DNA of 41,959 nucleotides from Chrysochromulina tobinii (Eukaryota): NCBI GenBank assembly GCA_001275005.1, contig JWZX01003363.1, positions 1 to 41,959 of the forward strand, read 5' to 3'. Shown piece by piece: positions 8,354 to 18,643 of this stretch (position 1 is its first letter; each line of letters starts with the position of its first letter). The notes under the pieces were generated by a model. It saw only the letters and a program-made list of their open reading frames with translations, ran no database searches and was not told where the DNA came from. The position numbers and the translations under genes were made by a program.

Positions 8354-10936
8354 ATGGACCTCTCCGCGTTCGGTCAGTCTGTGAGAGACTTACCTAGGGC
8401 CGTTGGCGAGCTCTTTGGCGTGCCATCCGAGCCCCAGCGATGGGAAGAGGACGACGAGCAGCTCCGGCGCGCCCTCGAGGAGTCTGCCCTCGCAGTCGCA
8501 CAGCTCCCGCCCCCGGACTGCCACAGAAAGTGCCCGCTCCGTGAGCTGGGCGAGGCGCAGAGCAATCCTTCCATCAAGGCCAAGATCGCCGTTCTCTCAA
8601 GACGCTACGCGCACGTACGTAAGATCCGCGGCGAGGGAAACTGCTTCTTCCGCTCGTTTTGGATGGGATGGCTCGAGCGTGCTATCCCCTTCCTGGGTGT
8701 TGCCGAGGCGCCGCACCCGTTGCTCAACAATCTGTACCAGCCGGCGTGGGCCTGGCGCATCGAAGAGCTCTCGTCCGCCGCTGCGCGCACCCTGATCGGC
8801 CCCCGGCGGCAGGAGGTTGTCGAGTATGGCCGGCGCTTCGTCGAGGTCACGCGCGGGCTCTGCCACGCGTATGTGACGGGCGGCGAGGCCGCGTTCGTCG
8901 ACAAGGCATGCCAGCACGCGGAGACGGCGGACGCACTCTACTGGCTGCGCCTCATTGCCTCCGCGTACATTCAGCGTCCGGACGTGCGCGATGAATGGAG
9001 TCCGCACTTCGAAGGATTGTGCGTCGAGGACTTTTGCGCGCAGCAGGTCGAGAGGGACGAGGCGCTCGCCGATGAGCTGCAGATCACAGCGCTCACTACG
9101 GCGCTCGGTCTGGGCGTGCGCGTCGAGTACCTCAACTCCGAGAGCTACCCATGGAGCCAGCGCTGTGGGCCGCACTGGCACAAGCTCCTCCTACCATTGG
9201 CCCCTCGCACCGGACATGCGCCTGTACTCGCTGCTTGCGTGCTCTTTCGGCCTGGGCACTATGACCTTCTGCTGCCCGACGAAGACCGGTGGACAGACCC
9301 GACGCTGCTCGCACCGGACGCGGCCGAACTGGTGCCTCCGCTGCCGCCCCCGCCGCCGCCCGCCCGGGCGCTCTGCCCTGCATGCAATCAGCCGATGGCA
9401 AGTTGCTGCTGGCTGTGCGAGGCCTCCATTTGCACGCACTCGCGCTGCCCCGTGGCTAGTAGGGCGGCGGCCGCCGGCGCGTCGGGCGAGCATGGGGCGC
9501 ACCTGTACATGCTGCCCGCGTGCTTCGGTGCGCAGGGCCCCGGCGCCGTCTGCCCGACTTGCATTGCCAAGCTGCCCCTACTCGCGACCACTGCAGCCGA
9601 TGGACCACCGCCCGGGTCAGCCACTGCTGACCAGACCAAGCTGTGGAGATGCGCCGAAAGCGACCGACTCGGCTTTGCCGACGAGCTGCGAGGGCTCCCG
9701 CAGCTTGGTGGGCGGCGTGGTGGGTGGCCGCCGCCAGCACCGGCCTCCCCTGCGCCCATGCGCATGGAGGAACTCGTGTCCGTGTTGACGCTGTACGATG
9801 CTAACGGAGATGGCGTGTTTGACTTCAGTGAGTTCATCCAACTCGTCAGCGATCTGCTCTGCCTCCGTGATGGCGTGCTCTTTGCTCCGCCTCAAGCGGG
9901 GCGCAATCTTGCCGAGGTCTTTGCAAGACATATTCCGGGCCCCGCACGAGACTCGATCGAAGTGGCAGATCTTGTTGAGCTGGACGGTCGCTGGGCGAGC
10001 CTCATCACGCAACCTGACGTGGTGGCCGCCGGCGGTGCCGGGCTGCGGTCGCTCAGCGATCAAAGACTCCACGGAGATCTGGATTATCTTCGTGCTCAGC
10101 GCCAGGCAGAGCTGGTCAGTGCTGGAGCTACGCGCTCTTATCGGATCCCTGGTGTGCAAGTGGTTCAGTTGGAGGCCATTTCACAGCAGTCGTCCATCGA
10201 GCCGCATGCCGCCCCGCCCCCCCTGGCAACGACGTCTGCGAGGACACCAGCGTGCACTGCGGCGGCCTCGACGGCAGCGTACCAAGCGGCCTCCGAGGCG
10301 GCTGCGACCGAAGATCGTACCGCCACTCGCGCTCAGCAAGGCTTGCCGCGGGTGCAGCCCACTAGTCGTGCGGTGCAGCCAGCGCGGCAGCCTCAGCGAC
10401 CAGCCTCGGCACCACGGCCAGCGCCACAGCAGGTCTGGCCGCCGCCAGCGCCGCCGCCAGCGCCGCCGCCAGCGCCGCCGCCGCCGCCTCCGTCCTCCGG
10501 TACCATCGATATCGCAACGCTCCCTTTCCAGAACGAGACGCAGCGCCGGCAAGTGGAACGGGATTGGAAGAAGGCACAGGAGGTAGGGCATTACGGGCCG
10601 TTGATGATCCTCGAGCACCTGGGCTATCCGCGGAGGGAGGCCAAAGAGGCACTCGAATCGAACGACAAAGATGTACTCCGCGCCATCCTCTGTCTCAATG
10701 GCATTGACCTGCAAGGGACGTCCACGGCCGCGCGAGCCACACCCTTTGTCAATCCGAACATACCTCTCAGCGAGCAAGAGCGTAGGAGCATGGCCGCTTC
10801 CAGGAACGCGTTGACAGCTGCTGCCGATGTGCCGCTCACACAAGAGGAGTGCGACCCGGCAGCAGGTTGGGAAAGGGTGGAGCGGCCGTCCGACGACCCC
10901 TTTAATCACCCGTACATACACCATTTACGCAGGTAG
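8354..10936 (+). CDS. Otubain-type (peptidase C65) deubiquitinase with UIM, Cys-rich region, EF-hand and UBA-like domain
   Basis: RKIRGEGNCFFR and LFRPGHYDLL catalytic motifs; EEDDEQLRRALEES (UIM); DANGDGVFDFSEF (EF-hand loop); LEHLGYPRREAKEAL..DVLRAI (UBA). Confidence 0.85.
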   Translation: MDLSAFGQSVRDLPRAVGELFGVPSEPQRWEEDDEQLRRALEESALAVAQLPPPDCHRKCPLRELGEAQSNPSIKAKIAVLSRRYAHVRKIRGEGNCFFRSFWMGWLERAIPFLGVAEAPHPLLNNLYQPAWAWRIEELSSAAARTLIGPRRQEVVEYGRRFVEVTRGLCHAYVTGGEAAFVDKACQHAETADALYWLRLIASAYIQRPDVRDEWSPHFEGLCVEDFCAQQVERDEALADELQITALTTALGLGVRVEYLNSESYPWSQRCGPHWHKLLLPLAPRTGHAPVLAACVLFRPGHYDLLLPDEDRWTDPTLLAPDAAELVPPLPPPPPPARALCPACNQPMASCCWLCEASICTHSRCPVASRAAAAGASGEHGAHLYMLPACFGAQGPGAVCPTCIAKLPLLATTAADGPPPGSATADQTKLWRCAESDRLGFADELRGLPQLGGRRGGWPPPAPASPAPMRMEELVSVLTLYDANGDGVFDFSEFIQLVSDLLCLRDGVLFAPPQAGRNLAEVFARHIPGPARDSIEVADLVELDGRWASLITQPDVVAAGGAGLRSLSDQRLHGDLDYLRAQRQAELVSAGATRSYRIPGVQVVQLEAISQQSSIEPHAAPPPLATTSARTPACTAAASTAAYQAASEAAATEDRTATRAQQGLPRVQPTSRAVQPARQPQRPASAPRPAPQQVWPPPAPPPAPPPAPPPPPPSSGTIDIATLPFQNETQRRQVERDWKKAQEVGHYGPLMILEHLGYPRREAKEALESNDKDVLRAILCLNGIDLQGTSTAARATPFVNPNIPLSEQERRSMAASRNALTAAADVPLTQEECDPAAGWERVERPSDDPFNHPYIHHLRR

Positions 10937-10996
10937 ATGTTAACTTGTGTGAATTGATCACATTGAAAAAGGTCAGTTTCATGGAACCTGGTGCGA

Positions 10997-13900
10997 ATGC
11001 AGTGGCTTCTCTGGGCCGGCAGTGCGCAGGTCCCACCACAGCCGGCATTCGACGCGCCGCCGCTTCGCCAGCCTGCTTCAGTCACCGGAGAGGACGCGCC
11101 CACCGTGCTCAACGCTGGCCACGACTTTGTGCTCCTCAACTGGCCGCCGCGGCCCGTTGAAGGCCACCTCTACCGACCGGCCGGCCATCGCGTGTATGCA
11201 GCTCGCTGGAAGCCCTCGTTCGTCGCCCGGTACGCGCCCGACCTTAGCGGGCGCTACGAGTGGGATGGGGAGACGCTCGACGTGTGCACGGTGCAGGACG
11301 GCGTGCTCGGCGAAGGGCGCATGGCCGCCTACCTGCACTCGCAAGACGGTGGCTTCTCGGCGATCGCGACCGGTCGGTGGAGCGTGGCGCAGGGCGGCTA
11401 CGCGGGCGTGATGATTCACAGTAACGACACGGCGCACTCGGGCCCGCTCCTCCTCTACGGCCACCGCGACGGCTCAGTGCGCGTTCGCAGCGGCGCCTTC
11501 TACTATTCGGCCGAGACGTTGAGAGACATGGCGCCGTCCTTTCCGCGCATGGTACCCGTCTTTCGAGGGTACACGGCCGCCGCGTGCGACCTGCTGCCGC
11601 CGCGGCCGCGCCTGGCACAGATGAGCGCGCCCGACCTGAGCGGAAACTACCTGAGCAACTACAACGAGTCCATCGCGGTCTGCACGAGAGGCGGTTCGTT
11701 AGTGGCCGCGTTTTCGGGCGTCGGTTACCAGCAGGGCTTCGCTATGGGACGCTGGGTGGACGCGGCGGGGCGGTGGGAGGGCACCGTGGCGGAGATTGGC
11801 CGGGACTCACACCCTTTCACGTGGCGCCTGGCCGGCGACGTGCTCTCGGGCGACTGGTCCGTGTACAACCGAACCAATCCCTGGGCGGACAACTCGACGA
11901 GCGCGACGGCCTGGGAGGCGCGGCGCGACCCGGCGACGAATCCAAGTGAGATGATGCTCCCCCTTGCGCTCGCGGCGGCGTACCTGTCGCTCGAGCACCT
12001 GTGCGCGCTGCTCATCGCCGCCGACAGCGGCCAGCGCGCAGAGGTCTCGGAGACGAACGAGGAGGAGTGGGTGAGCGCCCCGCAGCCGGCGACGCTGCCC
12101 GAGGGGCTCGGTGGGCGGATTCTCGACCTTCCGCGCTTCGCCCTGCTCTGCCGCAGCGAGAGCTACACGTACAGGACGGCGGACGGCCGGCGCGTGGTCA
12201 ACAGCACCGAGGTATGCGAGGAGGACCGAGGGCTCTACGATGTCGACGGCTTTGCGCGGCGCGCGCCCACGGAGCAGCGCTACAGCTGGCATGCGGATGA
12301 GGTCGTGCTGACGGACTCGGGCAACGAGGGCGCCACGAGCGCCGTCGTGGCGCCACTCCTGCTGGGTGAGAAGTACATATTTCGCGTGCGGCCCATCTAC
12401 GCGGGCGTGCTCCCGCCGCCGCCGCCGCCCACATACTGGGAGGCTTTGCATGCACAGCGGCAGGAAGAGCTCCCAGAGCTCCTACGTGACCCTCCGCAGC
12501 CGCCGCCGCCGCCGCCGCCTCCATCGTTGGGCAACATCACGGCGTATTCGCGCCCGGTGCTCATCGACTGATGACCCTCTGATGACCTCTGATGACCACT
12601 GATTGCCTCCCTCATCACACGGCGTATTCGCGCCCGGTGCTCATCGACCTCTCAACATGATAATGACCCTCTGATGACCTCTGATGACCACCGATTGCCT
12701 CCCTCATCAGGTGCTCATCGACCTCTCGGGACCGGGCGCGCCGACAGACCTGCGCATCGGGATGGTCTTCGCCACGGCAGTGGAGCTCTCCTGGCGAGCA
12801 CCCCTACCCATGCAAACCGGGCTCTGGCACGGCGACGGCGGATCGGCACTCGTCGGCTACCGGGTCTTCGTACGGGCGGCCGACCAGCCCGAGTCCGAGT
12901 TCGAGCTGGCGGCGAGTGTGCCCAACACGACGCTCACACTGCGCGACCTGCGCCCTCAGATGCTCCTCGTGTTTCGCGTGTGCGCCGAGAATCGGCACGG
13001 GCCCGGACTCAACTCGACCTCGGTCGGCGTCGCCACCTCTGCGCTGCGTGCGACCTTTTGGACCGATTGCAACTATTCGACGACGCTCCACCAGCCGCTG
13101 GCATACCAGGGCTGCTTCCGCGACCCAGAACCGGAGACGTCCGCCGACATGCCGTTCGCGTTCGCCCTCCCGGGCACCACGCATACGCTCTCGGCTGCCG
13201 TCTGCGCCGCCGCGTGCGCCGAGCAGCAGCCACCAACAACCTTCTTTGGGCTTCGCGCGGGCAGTCACTGCCTGTGCGCCGACACCTTTGGCCGGTACGG
13301 CGCCGTCGAAGACCACGAGTGCGACACTCCTTGCTCGGGGGAGCCGGGGCGCCTATGCGGCAGCGCGGTGCGCATTTCTGTCTATAGGCGGCCGGGGGCG
13401 CACGGCATCCTTCTCGGGGTGGGCCGTTACTATACCTATGACCTGCTGCAGATGCGGCTGCCGGCACGCTCGCTCTCATCAGTGAGCCTGCCCGAGGGGC
13501 TCGTGCTCGAGCTGTACACGCAGGACGCGCTCCGCGGCCTGCGGGTACGCCTCAATGCGAGCGTGCCATGCCTGCGCACGCAGCCTTGCCCCTTCGAGCC
13601 GCACGCCACTACGTGGGCCGAGCCGGCGGCCCGGTGCGTCGATGACGCGTGGGATGACGAAACAGCGAGCCTCGAGCTCCGCTATGCCGACACGGCGCCC
13701 GGGTACACGCCCCGACCGAGCGCCGAGACGGGCGCGCGCGCCTTTGCCCTAGGCCGGGCGGGGCGGCTATCCCGGCTCCTCGACCTCGGCGGCGACCCGT
13801 CCGAGACCTCCTCCGATCGGCCACGGGGCGTGGGCCTGACTGGCTTCTGGCGCGCGCCGCGACAGGGTGACCCCGAGGAGTGTGAGCTGCGTCGCGGCGG

Positions 13901-15209
13901 CTACTCGAGCGATAACGTGTGCCTGCAGCCAGCGCGCATGCTGCCCTCGATTGCCGCGCCGCGCCGCAGCCCCTTTGCATGGTTGAACACCATGACCGAG
14001 CTTGACTTGCAAGATCGGTTCACTGAGGAGCATGCGCGTCGCATGCGGGTCGAGTGGCGTGCCACCCTCCTCGAGTATGCTCGCCCCTTCTTCGAGGCAG
14101 CGATGGGCAGCCAACTCAACCAAAGTGCACCGCGCATCCCGCCAGCCGCGCCAGCTGCGGCACCCGCGGCACCCGCGCAGCAGGTGGCCGTGATCGTGCC
14201 CGCTGGTGCCGTGCCCGGCTCCCGATTCTTGGTGCCGTTGGCCGACGGCACGCAGTTTGAGGTCACCGTCCCGGACGGCGCAGCTCCTGGACAAGAGCTC
14301 ACCGTGGATGCACCCGCCGGCATCACCACCTACACTGTCTCAGGCGGCAGCTTCGCCTCCCCATATTACTCCTTCTCGCCGCCGCTGGCCGCACTGCGCC
14401 CCGGCGGGCGCTTCGTCTTTCGCGCGGACGGCATCTCAAGCACCCATCCATTCTCCATCGGGCCCGCACAATCGCAGGCACTCCCTGCCACCTTCGGCGC
14501 CACAGGGAACGTCGGCGGCCTCACTGGCACTGGCGGCATGCTATCCTTCACCGTGCCAATCGGCTACTCTGGCCCGCTCGTGTACTACTGCACGCGACAC
14601 ACGATCATCCTGGCGAGCTTGTCCATTGCTGCTGTGCCCAGGCCACCGTCGATCTCGCCTCCTCCGGGGAGCAGCGGTGGCCCTCCTGCGGATGAGGCGG
14701 AGCTTTCCGCGCCGCCCGCCAATCGCACGCGTGGCTTGAATGCCTCGGCGAACCGCCAGCTGATCAACGAGACGAGCTACGTGGATTGGTTCGAAGCGTG
14801 GCTCGCAGGGCTGCTCCACTTACGCCTCCTGCTCAGCACCAACGACATCACGGGCGCGCCACCGGTGCTTGGGTTTTCCTCAACTGGCGAGGTGGTGCCC
14901 TGGGAGGAAACGACAGCGCAGCCTCTCCCGCCACACCCTTTCCCCAGGGCGGAGCCCATCGAGCCGCAGACGCTCGCGCCGGAGGCCCTGCGCACCGCGA
15001 GGCACGCGGATCCGACCGGTCCGACCGGTCCGACCCACGAGCCGTCCCTGCGCTATCGCGACACGCGAGTGGAAGCTCGTGCTCGATTGTATCCCGATGG
15101 CGCTGCGTACCCTGACAGCCCCAACGCGACGTCCAACCAGTCGATTGCAGGGGCCGTTGCCGCCTCACGCTCGCAGGAGGAGCCCTTCTTTGGGACAGTT
15201 CTGCGCTGA
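10997..15209 (+). CDS. Large FN3/WSC multidomain protein, probably extracellular; 2 exons (10997-12556, 12711-15209), ~1352 aa
   Basis: Phase-0 intron 12557-12710 (GT..CAG) fuses ORFs 10991 and 12684. FN3: PGAPTDL..VELSWRAP..GYRV..LRDLRP..FRVCAEN..G. WSC: YQGCFRD..CAAAC..FFGL..CLC..CDTPCSG..CG..ISVY. Confidence 0.8.
12557..12710 (+). repeat. Intron built from two 48-bp ATGACCCTCTGATGACCTCTGATGACCACYGATTGCCTCCCTCATCAS units plus duplicated exon sequence
   Basis: Units at 12571-12618 and 12663-12710 differ at 2 positions; a copy of the exon-exon junction lies at 12619-12653. Confidence 0.85.
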
Positions 15210-15698
15210 CGGCTTGGCGGTGTGCCACAGCAGTTTTCCGTGTGCGCGTCGCGGTCGTTGCACGATATCGTGTGCACCGGGGCGCAGGCCGGGGCGGGGC
15301 ACCCGCGGGCAGGGCGGCATCCATGGCCGGGCTCTGCGGGCACACACATAGCACATCTTTAGCACATCTTCCGCCGGGCGTACCGTAGTCGGTCGGGACT
15401 CGGGTAGCGACCTTGTAACCCCACGATCCTGGAAGAATAGCGATAGGCGACGTTGACAACTTAACTTTCAAGGAACCAGAAATGCCAATGGAACGGTATA
15501 CGAGCACTACATCGATGCCGTACTACGTGTATACACATAGCTTTAAGGAACTTGCAGTGCCGGGGATATGCGTTGCCATCGGGCCCGTTGGAGGTTGGTG
15601 CGCAAGAAGTGCGCACCGGCACACGGGAACGATGTGGTCCATCAAGAGGTCTACCACATGACGGCGCCCACCTCTAGATTGCCTGCGACTCCAGCACT

Positions 15699-16322
15699 CT
15701 AGACCGCCTCCTTTTTGAGAACGAAGAGGCCCTCACCAGTGCAATGCACCACTTCGACCGTACCAGCCGTGGCGGGCGCTGTCAGTGCTGCCCGAATCTT
15801 GACTTTTCGCCGCTCAACCTCGTAGATCTCGGCATCGACTTTGAGCCACGACCCGACCGTGATGGGCGCCTGCAATGCGGTATTTACCTGGACCGTGAAC
15901 CCGCTCCAAGGCTTGCATTGACCGCTGACGCAGAAGCCAACCCACCCAATGACGTCATCCATGACCGTGCACATTGCGCCGCCGTGGCATAGACCCTTGT
16001 GCGACTCCGCACCCGGACCAAAGTGCACAGCTCCAGTGAGCTTGGAAAACCCAGCTGGTGTTGTGCTCAGAGCATACCCGGCAATATGCACGGCGGCCTC
16101 CTCACCATGCGCATAGTCCGTGCCCACCCACCCATTGTCCTGGCGCCAAACAGCGCCATTCTCCCATTCGTCGAGGGACAGCTTTCGATCGGCGTCGCTC
16201 AATAAGTCAGTAACCCACGCTGGAGGGATGCGTCGCGGCCGCCGCCGGCGGCTCAGAAAGAAAGCGAGCGCAGTGCAAGCTGCTGTCACCGCGACTGCCG
16301 CGATGGTCTCCTTATGCGGCAT
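15699..16322 (-). CDS. Hotdog-fold acyl-CoA thioesterase (PaaI/THEM4-like) with N-terminal membrane anchor, 207 aa
   Basis: FGPGAESHKGLCHGGAMCTVMDD motif and TVQVNTALQAP..VERRKV strands. ATG at 16322 is followed by hydrophobic IAAVAVTAACTALAFFL-SRRRR. Confidence 0.85.
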   Translation of the reverse strand: MPHKETIAAVAVTAACTALAFFLSRRRRPRRIPPAWVTDLLSDADRKLSLDEWENGAVWRQDNGWVGTDYAHGEEAAVHIAGYALSTTPAGFSKLTGAVHFGPGAESHKGLCHGGAMCTVMDDVIGWVGFCVSGQCKPWSGFTVQVNTALQAPITVGSWLKVDAEIYEVERRKVKIRAALTAPATAGTVEVVHCTGEGLFVLKKEAV

Positions 16323-16542
16323 TTTCCGGCTCAAGTTTGAAACGTTCGACCAAGCGTACAAAGAGGCGTGGAGGCGTGCGGGTGCGTGTGACCCTGTGTT
16401 AGTTTCATTCACGACATCTTCTATGAAGGCCGTCATGCATGGAAGTTTCCAAACTTGTGATCGGGGCGCCGGGACGTCGGCTCGCCGGGCCGCGCTATAG
16501 AAGCACCCACCGCAGAATTCGTGCGCTGTGGTCACTCGCCAC

Positions 16543-17385
16543 ATGCAACACCTCCTCGCTAGCGCGCTCCTCCTCCTGTCCGGCGTCAGTCTCGGTGCGG
16601 TCATCTTCTTCATGAGCGCCTCCCACAAGATCCACTCAACTCGCGACGGTGGCCTTGAGGTGTGGCTGCAGAGGCACCCGCCACGCAAGGTCAGCCACGA
16701 CGCGGAGCTCCTTCGCCGGCAGCGCCTCACACAACTCATAGACCTTCCGCCGGAGCAGCTCGCGGAGCACGTCCCTGCCATCCTCGCGAGTCTGGATCAT
16801 GCTGACTACCATGTTCGCCAGCTGGCGGCAAGCATGCTCGGGCGCCTGGAGCCGCCGGCGATCACGGCGCACGCCGACGGAATCGCTGAGCACTTGCTGC
16901 ATCACGACGCCACAGTGCGGCTTCACATCGTTCAGGCGATGGCCCTCGTCGACGGAGCCGCACTCGCTGCATATGCGGATCGCCTTGTCGACTGTCTCTC
17001 GGACGTGGATCCGGGCGTGCGCTGGGCGGCCGTCGATGCCATAACTGCCCTCGAGCCCAAGACGCTGGCCAAGCATGCACTCGGCGCCATTGACACGCTC
17101 GTCAAGTCAGGCGAGGTCTCGCTCGCCCGCAACGCTGTCAGCGGCTGGGCGGCGAAGCTCGAGCCGACACAGCCACAGGTGATGGAGGCGATCAACCAGT
17201 TGAACTACAAGCTCAACGTTGGCGGGATGGACCTTGCGATGGCCGGCGGCGCGGGCGGCGCCGGGCGAAGCGAGGCGGAACGCTTCGAGGAGTTGCAACG
17301 GGACGTGCACACGGATCTGCAGCGGGCGACGTCGTCATCGGCTGCGCAGAAGCCGAGTGGAGGAAAAGATGGAGAACAGGGTTAG
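16543..17385 (+). CDS. HEAT/PBS-repeat protein with N-terminal TM or signal helix
   Basis: Three repeats of L.H/D.D..VR..A...L (LDHADYHVRQLAA, LLHHDATVRLHIV, LSDVDPGVRWAAV); hydrophobic N-terminus. Confidence 0.75.
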   Translation: MQHLLASALLLLSGVSLGAVIFFMSASHKIHSTRDGGLEVWLQRHPPRKVSHDAELLRRQRLTQLIDLPPEQLAEHVPAILASLDHADYHVRQLAASMLGRLEPPAITAHADGIAEHLLHHDATVRLHIVQAMALVDGAALAAYADRLVDCLSDVDPGVRWAAVDAITALEPKTLAKHALGAIDTLVKSGEVSLARNAVSGWAAKLEPTQPQVMEAINQLNYKLNVGGMDLAMAGGAGGAGRSEAERFEELQRDVHTDLQRATSSSAAQKPSGGKDGEQG

Positions 17386-17475
17386 GTTTTGTGTCGGGCC
17401 TTACAAATCCGAATCTGTTAACAGACCTATTCACACTTCTCGGCAACGCCGCAACGCCGAGCACAAAACGCGACT

Positions 17476-17985
17476 ATGGTCCTCGTCTGCCTTGCGGCCT
17501 TCCCACTGGCAAATTCGCAGCCCATGGTAGTCGTGAACATGTACGATGACGATCTGTTCAGGTTTTCATTTGGCGACCCCGGGCACTGCGTAGGTGAGGC
17601 TCCCAAATGCGGCGATGTCGACGTGATCAAGAAGAATGTGTCTCAGCGCTTCGATCTCGCCCCGGGCGCTGACTATCTTTCTATTGGCGGGGGCATCAAG
17701 ACGACCAAGGATGGGTCGGTGTGCCACACCTGGCTCAGTGACAACACTTTTTGCGCCGTGTACGATGGCAGTGTCGACGGGGACTGTGCGCGACTGTCCA
17801 ACGCAATCTGCACACGAGTGGGCTCAAATCCGATCACATACGAGCTGAGTGCCACGATCGATCGCTACTGCGACACGCTGCCCTACGCGGATTGCACGCT
17901 AGGCACGTCAAAATGCTGTGGCACCAACGCATGCATCCAGTTTGACCCAACGATTGCTGAGACCAAGTGCTGGCCGAACAAATAG
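17476..17985 (+). CDS. Small secreted Cys-rich protein with C-terminal knottin-like motif
   Basis: Short hydrophobic N-terminus; 12 Cys in the mature part; C-terminal C-x7-C-x6-CC-x4-C-x11-C. Confidence 0.65.
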   Translation: MVLVCLAAFPLANSQPMVVVNMYDDDLFRFSFGDPGHCVGEAPKCGDVDVIKKNVSQRFDLAPGADYLSIGGGIKTTKDGSVCHTWLSDNTFCAVYDGSVDGDCARLSNAICTRVGSNPITYELSATIDRYCDTLPYADCTLGTSKCCGTNACIQFDPTIAETKCWPNK

Positions 17986-18152
17986 ACACGCAGAATCAAC
18001 ACTCAGGTTGAAGTCAGATCCGATCTCAATCTCCCAGCAATCTCAATCTCCCAGCGGGCGATGCACTCGCAGCACGTCGCATAGCTCTTCGCGCGATCGA
18101 CGACCACGGATATCGTCCACGAGCGCCGCCGTGCCGGGCCCGACATCCGTGA

Positions 18153-18578
18153 AGTGTCTCCGACACTCGCTTTGAAGCCGCACTCATCGCACAGGTACAG
18201 GTCGGTGAGGTGCCCGAGCACGCGCGCATCGCTCCGGACCGCACCTTCCAAGCTCTTGGCGTGGAACGTCGCGATCTCCTGACGATCTCCTGCTTGGCCG
18301 CTGAGGAGGCCATCACGTACTATCGCCGTGGCGCGGGCATTGATGTGTGCCGAGCCGCTCGGGGCTCACCACTCCCCATCGAAGACACGTCGGCGCAGCT
18401 CCGGAGTCTTCGTGTCGCGCAGATTGAAGACGAGCGCGCGCACGCGCTAGTTCGAGAAGGCGCTCGCGCCAAGGGGCTCGCGCTCGGCGCCGCCCGGCAC
18501 AGCGCCGGACCGTCGAGCTGCATGCCGATAGCGTACGCCCAAGCGTACGCCGCGGGCAGCTGCTCGCCCGCTCGGTAG
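18153..18578 (+). CDS. Possible 3' part of an uncharacterised gene; 5' end disrupted or unresolved
   Basis: Open frame 18153-18578 looks coding (SDTRFEAALIAQVQVGEVPEHARIAPDRTF..) but has no in-frame ATG near its start and an in-frame TGA at 18150. Confidence 0.3.
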   Translation, partial: SVSDTRFEAALIAQVQVGEVPEHARIAPDRTFQALGVERRDLLTISCLAAEEAITYYRRGAGIDVCRAARGSPLPIEDTSAQLRSLRVAQIEDERAHALVREGARAKGLALGAARHSAGPSSCMPIAYAQAYAAGSCSPAR

Positions 18579-18643
18579 CCTCGAGAGGCTTGTGGCCATG
18601 TTGACTGCGAACAAAGGTTCTGTACCCTTTTTCATCCTAACGT

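Noticed and set aside
12571..12710. CRISPR-like repeat-spacer-repeat appearance
   Set aside because: Only two units, the 'spacer' is local exon sequence, the context is eukaryotic and there are no cas genes.
15340..15698. Lower-GC intergenic stretch with a ~59-codon ORF from 15482
   Set aside because: No tRNA, snRNA or protein motif recognised; likely convergent 3'UTRs.
16323..16781. Long N-terminal extension of the thioesterase ORF
   Set aside because: Overlaps the divergent HEAT gene; ATG 16322 gives a sensible anchor-first protein.
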